From contig JAEYXO010000084.1 of assembly GCA_023431245.1 (NCBI GenBank), positions 1-41,895 on the forward strand: DNA of 41,895 nt. The letters are read 5' to 3'. The position numbers and the translations under genes are program-made. Below are positions 8,161 to 17,519 of the stretch, one piece after another; position 1 is the first letter of the stretch, and every line of letters begins with the position of its first letter. This stretch comes from Pseudomonadota bacterium (lineage in GTDB: Bacteria; Pseudomonadota; Gammaproteobacteria; Burkholderiales; SG8-41). The notes under the pieces are model-generated. The model was not told the origin of the DNA. It ran no database searches and saw only the letters and a list, made by a program, of their open reading frames with translations.

Positions 8161-9015
8161 ATGCCTTCCACAGCCGAAAAATCCCCGCACGAACAAATCA
8201 GCGCCGCGCTGCGCATCCGCTATGGCAGCAACTTCCCGGTCACCCCGGACCAGCCCGGCATCGACAGCCTGGCACGCATCGCGAACCACCGCTCGATCCG
8301 GCGCTACCGGCCGGAGCCGGTGACCCCGGAACTGCTGCGGTTGCTCTGCGCCTGCGCGCTGTCGGCGCCGACCAAAAGCGACCTGCAGCAGGCCGACATC
8401 ATTCACGTCGCCGACCCGGCGCGGCGGCAGCGCATCACCGCCCACCTCCCGGACATGGGATGGATCGCCGATGCGCCCGTATTCCTGGTTTTTTGCGGCA
8501 ACAACCGCCGCATCCGACAGATCGGTGAATGGCGCGGGAAACCCTTCGCCAACGAGCATCTTGACCATTTCATGAATGCCGCCGTTGATGCCGGCATCGC
8601 GATGATGAATTTCATCGGCGCCGCCGAGGCCGCCGGCCTCGGCACCTGCCCCATCAGCGCAATCCGCAACGCCGCCGACACGGTCAGCCGCGAGCTCGAT
8701 CTGCCCGAAGGCGTATTTCCCGTGGCCGGGTTGTGCGTCGGTTATCCGGCTTCCGCCGGGCACATCAGCCCGCGCCTGCCGCTGGACGTCACGCTGCACA
8801 CGGACCGTTATGACGAAACTGGGCTGAGGGAAAAAGTCGATGCCTATGACAGGCGGCGCCATGACAACCATCCCTACGGCAAGCAGCGGCGCACGGCGCT
8901 GTTCGGCACGGCGGAGTTCTATGGCTGGTCCGAAGACAAGGCCCGGCAGTATGCGGAGCCGGAGCGCGCGGATTTCGGAGATTACATCCGGCGCCAAGGT
9001 TTCAGCCTGAAATAG
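8161..9015 (+). CDS. nitroreductase-family flavoprotein (NfsA/Frp-like NADPH-dependent oxidoreductase)
   Basis: 284 aa. Motifs are HRSIRRY...PEPV, LSAPTKSDLQQ, and an FMN-binding-type C-terminal half (AGLGTCPISAIRN). Confidence 0.85.
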   Translation: MPSTAEKSPHEQISAALRIRYGSNFPVTPDQPGIDSLARIANHRSIRRYRPEPVTPELLRLLCACALSAPTKSDLQQADIIHVADPARRQRITAHLPDMGWIADAPVFLVFCGNNRRIRQIGEWRGKPFANEHLDHFMNAAVDAGIAMMNFIGAAEAAGLGTCPISAIRNAADTVSRELDLPEGVFPVAGLCVGYPASAGHISPRLPLDVTLHTDRYDETGLREKVDAYDRRRHDNHPYGKQRRTALFGTAEFYGWSEDKARQYAEPERADFGDYIRRQGFSLK

Positions 9016-9044
9016 GCGGGGCGTGATGAAGGCAACCGGCGTGT

Positions 9045-10397
9045 TCAGCGCATGCCGGGAAACATGCCCTTCATGCTGCGCATCATTTTCGCCATGCCGC
9101 CCTTGGCGACCATTTTCATCATTTTCTGGGTTTGCTCGAACTGATTGAGCAGGCGGTTGACCTCCTGCACGCTGACACCGGCGCCGGCCGCAATGCGGCG
9201 CTTGCGGGACGCCTTGATCAGCTCCGGCTTCGAACGCTCCTGGGGCGTCATCGAGTTGATGATGCCCTCCAGGCGGCGGATCGCCTTGTCCTCCATCTGC
9301 GGCGCGCCCTGTGCCGCCTGCGCGAGATGCGCGGGCAGCTTGTCCATCAGCGCACTCATGCCGCCCATCTTGCGCATCTGCGCGACCTGCTGCTTGAAAT
9401 CCTCCAGGTCGAATCCCTTGCCAGTCTTGACCTTGCGCGCAAGTTTCTCCGCTTCTTCCAGGCTGACCGTCTTCTGCACGTCCTCGATCAGCGACAGCAC
9501 GTCGCCCATGCCGAGGATGCGCGACGCCATGCGGTCAGGATGGAAGGCTTCCAGCCCGTCGGTTTTTTCGCCGGTGCCCGCAAACTTGACCGGCTTGCCG
9601 GTGACGTGGCGCACGGACAGTGCCGCACCGCCCCGTGCATCGCCGTCGAGCTTGGTCAGGATGACGCCCGTCAGCGGCAATGCCTCGCTGAACGCCCTGG
9701 CCACGTTGACCGCATCCTGGCCCTGCATGGCATCCACGACAAACAGCGTCTCGACCGGATTGACGGCGGCGTGCAGCTCGCGGATCTCGGCCATCATGGC
9801 CGCGTCGATTGCAAGGCGGCCTGCCGTGTCGATGATCAGGACATCGTGGTAGTGCGTGCGCGCGTAATCGAGCGCGCGCCTGGCAATGTCGACCGGCTTC
9901 TCGCCGGCGTCCGCCGGATGAAAATCCGCCTCCACCTGGCCGGCAAGAAGCCTCAGCTGCTCGATCGCCGCGGGCCGGTATACGTCACAGCTTGCAAGCA
10001 GCACTTTCTTGCGCATCCCCGTGCGCAGCCAGCGCGCGAGCTTGCCGGCAGTGGTGGTTTTGCCGGCGCCCTGCAGGCCCGCCATCAGGATCACCGCCGG
10101 CGGCTGCACTGCCAAATTGAGCGATTCGTTGTGATCGCCCATCAGCGCGACCAGCTCGCGGTGAACGACGCCAACCAGGGCCTGCCCCGGGGTCAGGCTG
10201 CCGACCACTTCCTCGCCGACCGCCTTCTCGCGCACCCGGTCGATGAATGCCTTGACCACCGGCAGCGCAACATCGGCCTCCAGCAGCGCCATGCGCACTT
10301 CGCGCAACGCATCCTGGATGTTGGTTTCAGTGAGGCGGGCTTCGCCGCGCAGCGTCTTGACGACACGCGCAAGACGGCCGGTGAGATTGTCGAACAT
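9045..10397 (-). CDS. ffh: signal recognition particle protein Ffh
   Basis: MFDNLTGRL...LTE.NI..ALREVR.ALLEADV, a GLQGAGKTTT P-loop, DTAGR, TKLDGDARGG, and a Met-rich M domain. The conserved N-terminus puts the start at ATG 10397, 16 codons inside the track ORF. Confidence 0.96.
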   Translation of the reverse strand: MFDNLTGRLARVVKTLRGEARLTETNIQDALREVRMALLEADVALPVVKAFIDRVREKAVGEEVVGSLTPGQALVGVVHRELVALMGDHNESLNLAVQPPAVILMAGLQGAGKTTTAGKLARWLRTGMRKKVLLASCDVYRPAAIEQLRLLAGQVEADFHPADAGEKPVDIARRALDYARTHYHDVLIIDTAGRLAIDAAMMAEIRELHAAVNPVETLFVVDAMQGQDAVNVARAFSEALPLTGVILTKLDGDARGGAALSVRHVTGKPVKFAGTGEKTDGLEAFHPDRMASRILGMGDVLSLIEDVQKTVSLEEAEKLARKVKTGKGFDLEDFKQQVAQMRKMGGMSALMDKLPAHLAQAAQGAPQMEDKAIRRLEGIINSMTPQERSKPELIKASRKRRIAAGAGVSVQEVNRLLNQFEQTQKMMKMVAKGGMAKMMRSMKGMFPGMR

Positions 10398-10434
10398 GGA
10401 AGTGCGTAAGGTGGTGTTCGGGTAAACTTGGACT

Positions 10435-11265
10435 ATGCAGGGCATTCTACCGTATCTCGTCAGCGCGCTTCTTTATGCCGCGATGGGCGTGTACTTCTGG
10501 CAACGGCACTGGTCGGCTGCCGCCAACGCCCCGGCGGCGACCACGGCGAGCCGTGCCGGCGAACGGTTTTGCCTGCTGCTGCTGCTGGGTGTGCATGCCG
10601 TCGTGCTGTTCGGCGCGATGCTGTCGGGCAGCACCCTGCGCATCGGCCTCGGCGATGCCGTGTCGGCCATCCTCTGGCTTGCCGTGCTCATCTACTGGCT
10701 GGGAGGGCTGTTTTACCGGCTGGAAGGCCTGCAGGCGCTGATCCTGCCGGCGGCGGCGGTTGCCGCCCTGCTGCCCGCGGTGTTTCCCGCGGCACGCCCC
10801 TTGCCCAACTCCGAACTGCTGGCCTTCCGGCTGCACCTGCTCATTTCGATGCTGGCCTACAGCCTGTTCACGATCGCTTCCCTGCACGTGCTTCTGATGG
10901 CGATGCTCGAGCGGCGGCTGCACCGCGGAACACTGCCCGCGGGACTGCGCACCCTGCCGCCGCTGCTGACGATGGAAACCCTGCTGTTCAGGATCATCTG
11001 GGCCGGCTTCGTGATGCTGTCGCTGACCCTGGCCAGCGGCGTGGTGTTTTCGGAGGAAGTGTTCGGCAGGGCGGCCCGGCTCAACCACAAGACCATTTTC
11101 GGCATCGTGTCCTGGCTCGTGTTCGCCGCCCTGCTTTTCGGCCGACATTTTTACGGCTGGCGCGGCCGTGTCGCCGTGCGCTGGACGCTGGCCGGTTTCC
11201 TGATGCTGGTACTGGCCTACCTCGGCAGCAAGTTCGTTGTCGAAGTGCTGCTCGGGCGCAGCTGA
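10435..11265 (+). CDS. cytochrome c assembly (CcsA/YpjD-like) family inner-membrane protein
   Basis: 276-aa polytopic membrane protein. It is divergent from ffh and upstream of a CorB-like gene, the same neighbourhood as E. coli ffh-ypjD-yfjD. Confidence 0.8.
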   Translation: MQGILPYLVSALLYAAMGVYFWQRHWSAAANAPAATTASRAGERFCLLLLLGVHAVVLFGAMLSGSTLRIGLGDAVSAILWLAVLIYWLGGLFYRLEGLQALILPAAAVAALLPAVFPAARPLPNSELLAFRLHLLISMLAYSLFTIASLHVLLMAMLERRLHRGTLPAGLRTLPPLLTMETLLFRIIWAGFVMLSLTLASGVVFSEEVFGRAARLNHKTIFGIVSWLVFAALLFGRHFYGWRGRVAVRWTLAGFLMLVLAYLGSKFVVEVLLGRS

Positions 11266-11329
11266 ACAACTGTTCGCCTTGCGGGGCGCCGCCTGCCGTC
11301 GCCCTACTGTCAATGTCTGAGGTGATTCC

Positions 11330-12625
11330 ATGGAAGTACTGATCCTCGCCTGCCTGATACTCTTGAACGGCGCATTCGCGATGTCCGAGGTGGCGCTGCT
11401 GACCGCGCGCCAGTCAAAACTGGCCACCCTCGCGCAACGCGGCGACAAACTGGCCGCCGCCGCGGTGAAACTGAGCGCCGACCCGACCCGCTTTCTGTCG
11501 ACGGTCCAGATCGGGATCACCTCGATCGGCCTGCTCAACGGCATCGTCGGCGAAGCCATCCTCGCCGAACCTTTCGCCGCCTGGCTGCAGGAACAGGGCC
11601 TGGAAAACCGGACCAGCAACATCATTGCCACCGCCGTGGTGGTGGTCACCGTCACCTACTTCTCCATCGTGATCGGCGAAATCGTGCCCAAGCGCCTGGG
11701 ACAGCACAGCGCCGAGAACATCTCGCGTTACGTGTCGTGGCCGATGCGCGGGCTGGCCGCCCTCACCGCGCCTTTTGTCCACCTGCTGACGGTGTCCACC
11801 GATGCCGTGCTCGGATTCGCGCTGCGCATACTGCGCCTGCAACCCCAGGAGTCCGGGCCGCAGCCGCTGTCCATCGACGAAATCCGCACCATCGTTCTCG
11901 AGTCCTCCAACGTGCTGCCCAAAAAACATGCGTCGGTGCTCCTGAACCTGCTGGAGATCGGCGCGATCACGGTTGACGACGTGATGGTTCCGCGCAACCA
12001 GATCGAGGGCGTCAACATCGACCTGCCGCTGGAGGAGCTTACGCAGCAGATATCGACCGCACACCACCGGCGGGTGGTGGTTTACCAGGACCAGCTGGAC
12101 AACGTGATCGGAACACTGCGGGTGCGGCACGCGCTGACCCTGATCCAGCGCGAGGAGCTGACGCACGAAAGCGTGCGCGGCATGATCCGCGAGCCCTATT
12201 TCGTGCCCTCCTCAACGCCCCTGCTGTCGCAGATCCAGAATTTCCAGGAACACCAGGACCGCGTCAGCCTGGTGGTCGATGAATACGGTGAGATCATGGG
12301 CCTGGTCACGCTGGAAGACATCCTCGAGGAAATCATCGGCGAGTTCACCACCCAGTCGCCGCTGATGGCCCGCGGCCTGCATCCCCAGCCGGACGGCAGT
12401 TATGTCGTCGAGGGCGGCATGCTGCTGCGAGAACTCAACCGCAAGCTCGGATTCGATTTTCCGCTGGACGGCCCCAAGACCCTGAACGGGCTGATCCTGG
12501 AACACCTGCAGGACATTCCCGAACCCAATACCAGCGTGCGCATCGCCGGACACCCGCTGGAAATCGTCCAGACCCAGGACCGGGTGATCAAAAGTGTGCG
12601 GGTGTTCACGCCGCCGGGGAAATAA
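11330..12625 (+). CDS. CNNM/CorB-type transporter (DUF21 membrane domain, CBS pair, CorC_HlyC domain)
   Basis: 431 aa. N-terminal DUF21 pattern (LLNGAFAMSEVAL), a CBS-pair region (VDDVMVPRNQI...), and a C-terminal CorC/HlyC transporter-associated domain. GAGGTG acts as the SD. Confidence 0.88.
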   Translation: MEVLILACLILLNGAFAMSEVALLTARQSKLATLAQRGDKLAAAAVKLSADPTRFLSTVQIGITSIGLLNGIVGEAILAEPFAAWLQEQGLENRTSNIIATAVVVVTVTYFSIVIGEIVPKRLGQHSAENISRYVSWPMRGLAALTAPFVHLLTVSTDAVLGFALRILRLQPQESGPQPLSIDEIRTIVLESSNVLPKKHASVLLNLLEIGAITVDDVMVPRNQIEGVNIDLPLEELTQQISTAHHRRVVVYQDQLDNVIGTLRVRHALTLIQREELTHESVRGMIREPYFVPSSTPLLSQIQNFQEHQDRVSLVVDEYGEIMGLVTLEDILEEIIGEFTTQSPLMARGLHPQPDGSYVVEGGMLLRELNRKLGFDFPLDGPKTLNGLILEHLQDIPEPNTSVRIAGHPLEIVQTQDRVIKSVRVFTPPGK

Positions 12626-12734
12626 GGCGCCGGCATCCGGCACGCGGCCTTTACAACACCGCGCCGGACGTGCATCATTCCGTGACTAAGCGATCGTAAC
12701 CTATTGGTTCATCGGGGAAATTTGGAGGTCCGCC

Positions 12735-13964
12735 ATGGCAACTGCAGCCGCCGCCGCTCGTAAATCCGAGATCAAGGAATACACCTTCCGTTGGGTCGGC
12801 CAGGACCGTGCGGGCAAAACCGTGCGCGGCGAAATGCAGGCCGGCGGCGAGGCGCAGGTCAATGCGGTGCTGCGCCGCCAGGGCATCAAGATCGTTGAAG
12901 TCAAGAAACAGCGGATCGGCAGCGGCGGATCGGTTTCCGAAAAGGACATCACGCTGTTCACCCGCCAGCTGGCGACCATGATGAAATCAGGCGTCCCACT
13001 GCTGCAGGCTTTCGACATCGTCGGCAAAGGCCACAGCAATCCGGCGGTTGCACGCCTGCTGATGACCATCAAGGCCGATGTCGAGACCGGCATGAGCCTG
13101 AAACAGGCCTTCGAAAAGCACCCGCTGCATTTTGATGCGCTGTTCTGCAACCTGGTCGGCGCCGGCGAGGCCGCCGGTATCCTGGAAAGCCTGCTCGACC
13201 GCCTGGCGACCTACAAGGAAAAAATCCTCGCCATCAAGAGCAAGATCAAGTCCGCGCTGTTCTATCCGATCGCGATCGTTGTCGTCGCGGTGGTCATCAC
13301 CGCCATCATCATGATCTTCGTGATCCCGGCCTTCAAGGACGTGTTCAAGAGTTTCGGCGCCGATCTGCCGGCACCGACGCTGATCGTGATGGCCATATCC
13401 GACTTCGTGGTGGCCAACTGGTTCTTCCTTTTCGGCGGCACCGGTGCCGCCCTTTACGCTTTTTTCTGGACCTGGAAGCGGTCGACAAAAATGCAGATGT
13501 ACATGGACCGCTTCGCCCTGCGCGTGCCGGTATTCGGCGACCTGATCCGCAAATCCTCCATCGCGCGCTGGACGCGAACACTCGCCACCATGTTTGCCGC
13601 CGGCGTGCCGCTGGTCGAAGCCCTCGGTTCGGTGGCCGGCGCGGCCGGCAATTACGAGTATTACGTGGCCACCAAGAAAATCCAGTCGGAGGTCGCCACC
13701 GGCTCCAGCCTGACCTCTTCGATGCAGGGCACCGAGGTGTTTCCGAACATGGTGATCCAGATGGCAATGATCGGCGAGGAGGCCGGCTCGCTCGACCAGA
13801 TGCTGAGCAAGGTTGCGGACTTTTTCGAAGCCGAGGTGGATGATGCGGTTGAGGCGCTGTCCAGCCTGATGGAGCCGATGATCATGGTGGTGCTCGGCAC
13901 GCTGATCGGCGGCATGGTGATTGCCATGTACCTGCCGATCTTCAAGCTGGGATCCGCGGTATAG
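12735..13964 (+). CDS. pilC: type IV pilus assembly platform protein PilC (GspF family)
   Basis: 409 aa with two GspF repeats (LATMMKSGVPLLQAF and LATMFAAGVPLVEAL) and three TM segments. GGAGG lies 6 nt upstream of the ATG. Confidence 0.93.
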   Translation: MATAAAAARKSEIKEYTFRWVGQDRAGKTVRGEMQAGGEAQVNAVLRRQGIKIVEVKKQRIGSGGSVSEKDITLFTRQLATMMKSGVPLLQAFDIVGKGHSNPAVARLLMTIKADVETGMSLKQAFEKHPLHFDALFCNLVGAGEAAGILESLLDRLATYKEKILAIKSKIKSALFYPIAIVVVAVVITAIIMIFVIPAFKDVFKSFGADLPAPTLIVMAISDFVVANWFFLFGGTGAALYAFFWTWKRSTKMQMYMDRFALRVPVFGDLIRKSSIARWTRTLATMFAAGVPLVEALGSVAGAAGNYEYYVATKKIQSEVATGSSLTSSMQGTEVFPNMVIQMAMIGEEAGSLDQMLSKVADFFEAEVDDAVEALSSLMEPMIMVVLGTLIGGMVIAMYLPIFKLGSAV

Positions 13965-14046
13965 ATTGTTCCCCCGCGCAGGCACGCCGCAGCCCGCGGG
14001 CAGCGTTGCGGCCTGCTGAACCGGCAACTCCTGCGATTGTCACGCC

Positions 14047-14889
14047 ATGCTGTCAGATCCCATTGTTTTTGCGTTGAGCGCCGCGCTGGCCGGATTGTGC
14101 ATCGGCAGCTTTCTCAACGTTGTGATCCACCGTCTGCCGAAAATGATGGAACGGCAATGGCGGGCGGAATGCGCGGAGCTGAACGGACAGGAAGTACCGG
14201 CCGCGGAACGCTACAACCTCGTCGTGCCCCGCTCCGCATGCCCCTCCTGCAGCCGCCCGATCAGGGCCGTGGAGAACATCCCGCTGCTCAGCTGGATTGC
14301 GCTGCGCGGCAAATGTGCGGGCTGCAGGGCGCCCATCTCCGCGCGGTATCCGGCCGTCGAGGCGCTGACCGCCGTGCTCTCCGGCTACTTCGCCTGGCAT
14401 TTCGGCTTCGGATTCGCCGCTGCGGCAGCGTTGCTGTTCCTGTGGACGGTGATCGCGCTGACCTTCATCGACCTTGACACCTACTACCTGCCCGACAGCC
14501 TGACCCTGCCCCTGCTCTGGGCCGGACTGCTGGTCAACATCAACGGCACCTTCGCGCCGCTGCAGTCAGCGGTCATCGGCGCCGCCGCCGGCTACCTGAG
14601 CCTGTGGACGGTGTACTGGATCTTCAAATGGGCGACCGGCAAGGAAGGCATGGGTTACGGCGACTTCAAGCTGCTGGCCGCGATCGGCGCCTGGCTGGGC
14701 TGGCAGATGCTGCCGCTCACGATCCTGCTCTCCTCGCTGGTCGGCGCCGTGATCGGCATCGGATTGATCGTTTTTGCCGGGCGCGGCCGCAGCGTACCCA
14801 TTCCTTTCGGCCCGTACCTTGCCATCGCCGGGCTGATCGCGTTGGCCCACGGACCGGCGCTGACCCGCGCCTGGTTCGGCCCGCTCTGA
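14047..14889 (+). CDS. pilD: prepilin peptidase / N-methyltransferase PilD (A24 peptidase)
   Basis: 280 aa. It has the N-terminal Cys-x-x-Cys...Cys-x-x-Cys zinc motif (CPSCSRP...CAGCRAP) and the catalytic-Asp context GMGYGDFKLLAAIGAWLG. Confidence 0.94.
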   Translation: MLSDPIVFALSAALAGLCIGSFLNVVIHRLPKMMERQWRAECAELNGQEVPAAERYNLVVPRSACPSCSRPIRAVENIPLLSWIALRGKCAGCRAPISARYPAVEALTAVLSGYFAWHFGFGFAAAAALLFLWTVIALTFIDLDTYYLPDSLTLPLLWAGLLVNINGTFAPLQSAVIGAAAGYLSLWTVYWIFKWATGKEGMGYGDFKLLAAIGAWLGWQMLPLTILLSSLVGAVIGIGLIVFAGRGRSVPIPFGPYLAIAGLIALAHGPALTRAWFGPL

Positions 14890-14892
14890 CCG

Positions 14893-15513
14893 ATGCCTTA
14901 CTGCGTCGGTATCACCGGCGGCATCGGGTCCGGCAAATCCCGCGCCGCAGCCATGTTCGGTGACATGGGCGCAGGCGTGGTCGATACCGACGAAATTTCC
15001 CACCAGATCACCGCCAGCGGCGGCAGTGCCATGCCCGAGATTGTCGCCGTGTTCGGGCCGGCCGCAGCCGCGGACGACGGCAGCCTGGATCGTGCGGCGA
15101 TGCGGCGGCGGATTTTCGGCGACCCCGAAGCCCGCCGGCAGCTCGAGAACATCCTGCATCCGCGCATCCGCGAAGTGGCGCACGGCCAGATCGGGGAATC
15201 CACCGCACCCTATGTGCTGCTGGTGGTGCCGCTGCTGCTGGAAACCGGCGCCTACCGTGACATCATCCGGCGGATACTGGTCGTCGATTGCGACGAGGCA
15301 CTGCAGGTCAGCCGCACCATCGCCCGCAGCCGGCTTGACGAAGCCTCGGTGCGTGCAATCATGGCGGCACAGATCTCCCGCAGCGAGCGGCTGGCGCGCG
15401 CGGACGACATCATCCGCAATGACGGGGGCGTGGACGAGCTGCGCCGCCAGGTCGCCGCGCTCCACGGCAAATACCTTGAGCTGGCCGCAAACGAAGGCCA
15501 GGCGCGGGCCTGA
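14893..15513 (+). CDS. coaE: dephospho-CoA kinase
   Basis: MPYCVGITGGIGSGKS P-loop, 206 aa. It occupies the canonical pilD-coaE-zapD position. Confidence 0.94.
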   Translation: MPYCVGITGGIGSGKSRAAAMFGDMGAGVVDTDEISHQITASGGSAMPEIVAVFGPAAAADDGSLDRAAMRRRIFGDPEARRQLENILHPRIREVAHGQIGESTAPYVLLVVPLLLETGAYRDIIRRILVVDCDEALQVSRTIARSRLDEASVRAIMAAQISRSERLARADDIIRNDGGVDELRRQVAALHGKYLELAANEGQARA

Positions 15514-15598
15514 AACGGCATTAAGCCTTTATTTTTTCTGGTTTTTGTTTGATACTCCGGCAACCGCATCTCCAACCTTCCCATCGGGCGCACAGGAC

Positions 15599-16354
15599 GT
15601 GATTGTCTACGAACATCCGCTGAGCGAGCGCGTGCGCACCCTGCTGCGCCTGGAAGACCTGTTCGAACGCATCGCGTATTTTCAGGGCCGCAACGATCCC
15701 CAGGAGCACCACGTCGCGCTGCTGCTGATATTCGAGATTCTTGAAGTGGCCAGCCGCGCCGACCTCAAGTCGGACCTGCTGCAGGAGCTGGAACGGCAGA
15801 AGCAGACGCTGGAAGCCCTGCGTGAAAATCCCGAGATCTCCGAAGAGGCGCTAGACAACGTGCTGTGGCAGATCGACCAGGCATCGTCGCGGCTGTTCCA
15901 GGCTTCAGGCAAGGTGGGCCAGGAACTGCGGGAGAACGAATGGCTGATGAGCATCAAGCAGCGCACGGCCATCCCCGGCGGTGTCTGCGAGTTCGATCTG
16001 CCCTCCTACCATTACTGGCTGCAGCAGACCGTCGAGGTCAGGCGCCATGACCTGCAGCAATGGCTGGCGCCATTCCTGCCGACGCGCGATGCCATCAACA
16101 TCGTGCTGCGGCTGTTGCGGGAAAGCGGCAAGACCACCGCGCAGACCGCGCAGCAGGGCGTCTACCAGCAGATGATGGCCGGACGCATGGCGCAGATGCT
16201 GCGCATCGGCCTGTCGGGCGAATACGCCTGCATACCGGAAATCAGCGCCAACAAGTATGCGCTGAACATCCGCTTCACCACCCAGGAAGGCATCCAGCGT
16301 CCCAGGGCGGCGGAAAGGGATGTCGAGTTCGAGCTGACTTTCTGCAATCTCTGA
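15599..16354 (+). CDS. zapD: cell division protein ZapD
   Basis: (V)IVYEHPLSERVRTLLRLEDLFERI matches the ZapD N-terminus. 251 aa if GTG 15599 is the start. The track ORF (464 aa from 14960) runs through coaE in another frame. An alternative TTG start lies at 15545. Confidence 0.88.
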   Translation: MIVYEHPLSERVRTLLRLEDLFERIAYFQGRNDPQEHHVALLLIFEILEVASRADLKSDLLQELERQKQTLEALRENPEISEEALDNVLWQIDQASSRLFQASGKVGQELRENEWLMSIKQRTAIPGGVCEFDLPSYHYWLQQTVEVRRHDLQQWLAPFLPTRDAINIVLRLLRESGKTTAQTAQQGVYQQMMAGRMAQMLRIGLSGEYACIPEISANKYALNIRFTTQEGIQRPRAAERDVEFELTFCNL

Positions 16355-16357
16355 GCC

Positions 16358-16558
16358 ATGGCGGGAAGGATCGTGTCCTGCCCCCAGTGCGGGGCCAGCA
16401 TTGAGTGGAATCCGGCCAACCGTTTCCGGCCGTTCTGTTCGGAACGCTGCAAGATGATTGACCTCGGTGCCTGGGCCACGGAACGCTACCGTGTGCCGGT
16501 GGAAGAGTCCGACGAATCGGCGATCCCGGACGAAAGCGCCGAGCCGCGCCCGAATTAA
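16358..16558 (+). CDS. yacG: DNA gyrase inhibitor YacG (zinc ribbon)
   Basis: 66 aa. CPQCG...[14 protein letters not shown] is the canonical YacG zinc-finger signature. It lies directly downstream of zapD. Confidence 0.92.
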   Translation: MAGRIVSCPQCGASIEWNPANRFRPFCSERCKMIDLGAWATERYRVPVEESDESAIPDESAEPRPN

Positions 16559-17514
16559 TCCGCGGCCCAGGCGCCGCGGATCATCGCCAGGCCGTGTGCG
16601 CCGCTCGCCAGTGCCTGCTCCCGGTGCTCGGGACGCACGCCCCCCAGGGCCAGCACCGGAATCCCGGTGTTTGCAACCAGCCGCCTGAACCCGTCCCAGC
16701 CGAGCAGCAGGGCATCGGGATGCGTCGGTGTCGGCAGCACCGGACCAAGCACCGCAAAGTCCGCACCCACCGCTTCGGCATGCCGCAATTCGGCGTTGTC
16801 ATGGCAGGATGCCCCCACCAGCGGCAAATCAGGGCGTTGCGCGATGCGCATCAGCTGCGACGCGGTCAGATGCACGCCATCGGCGCCACTGCGCCGCGCC
16901 AGTTCGATGTCGGTGTTGACCAGCACCCGCGCCCCATGGTCATGGGCCAGGGCGACCACGTCGGCGGCATAACGTGCGAACAGATCCGCCGGCCAGCCCC
17001 TGCCGCGGACCTGGACCAGGCGCAGTCCACTGCGCAACGCGCGCTCGATGCGTTTCAGCGCCGCCGGATATCCGGCCGCGGCAAATCCGGTGATGCCATA
17101 GACCTCCGGCAATTCCAGCGCGCGCATGATCGGGCCGTTGGCCGGCAGCAGGGGAGCCACATCGACCGCCCCCGGCCGCTGCCAGGCGAAAGCCTGGGAT
17201 TCGCGTCCATGGGGCTCGCCGCGCCACCGCCGTACCCGGAAAAAATGCAGCCGCACATCGGCGTGCGGGTAATCGAATTCGCGGATCAGCCAGGGATAGG
17301 CTGCGGTGACCTCGATGCCGAGTTCCTCGTGGAGTTCACGCGCCAGCGCCGCTTCCGGGGCTTCGCCGTTTTCGACCTTGCCGCCGGGAAATTCCCAGTA
17401 CCCTGCGTAGGCCTTGCCCTGCGGACGCTGAGCCAGCAGAAAACGGCCATCCGCCTGCTGCAGCACCGCGGCGACCACCGCGATGCGGCGGCGGCCCGAC
17501 TGCTCTCCAGCCAT
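16555..17514 (-). CDS. Nudix hydrolase (MutT-like) fused to a thiamine-phosphate synthase (ThiE/TenI)-like domain
   Basis: 319 aa from ATG 17514, 6 nt after the upstream stop. The N-terminal Nudix box is [25 protein letters not shown]. The C-terminal ~170 aa have a TIM-barrel ThiE/TenI-like pattern ([37 protein letters not shown]). Confidence 0.85.
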   Translation of the reverse strand: MAGEQSGRRRIAVVAAVLQQADGRFLLAQRPQGKAYAGYWEFPGGKVENGEAPEAALARELHEELGIEVTAAYPWLIREFDYPHADVRLHFFRVRRWRGEPHGRESQAFAWQRPGAVDVAPLLPANGPIMRALELPEVYGITGFAAAGYPAALKRIERALRSGLRLVQVRGRGWPADLFARYAADVVALAHDHGARVLVNTDIELARRSGADGVHLTASQLMRIAQRPDLPLVGASCHDNAELRHAEAVGADFAVLGPVLPTPTHPDALLLGWDGFRRLVANTGIPVLALGGVRPEHREQALASGAHGLAMIRGAWAAD

Positions 17515-17519
17515 CGGCT

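Noticed and set aside
13977-14015. GC-rich imperfect stem-loop (GCAGG...CCGCA / TGCGG CCTGC) between pilC and pilD
   Set aside because: The stem is bulged and no U-tract follows. pilD is almost certainly co-transcribed with pilC. This kind of chance self-complementarity is common in GC-rich spacers.
16555-16558. Convergent yacG and Nudix genes share a palindromic TTAA that supplies both stop codons
   Set aside because: The overlap is real but is a trivial consequence of tight packing, with no evidence of function.
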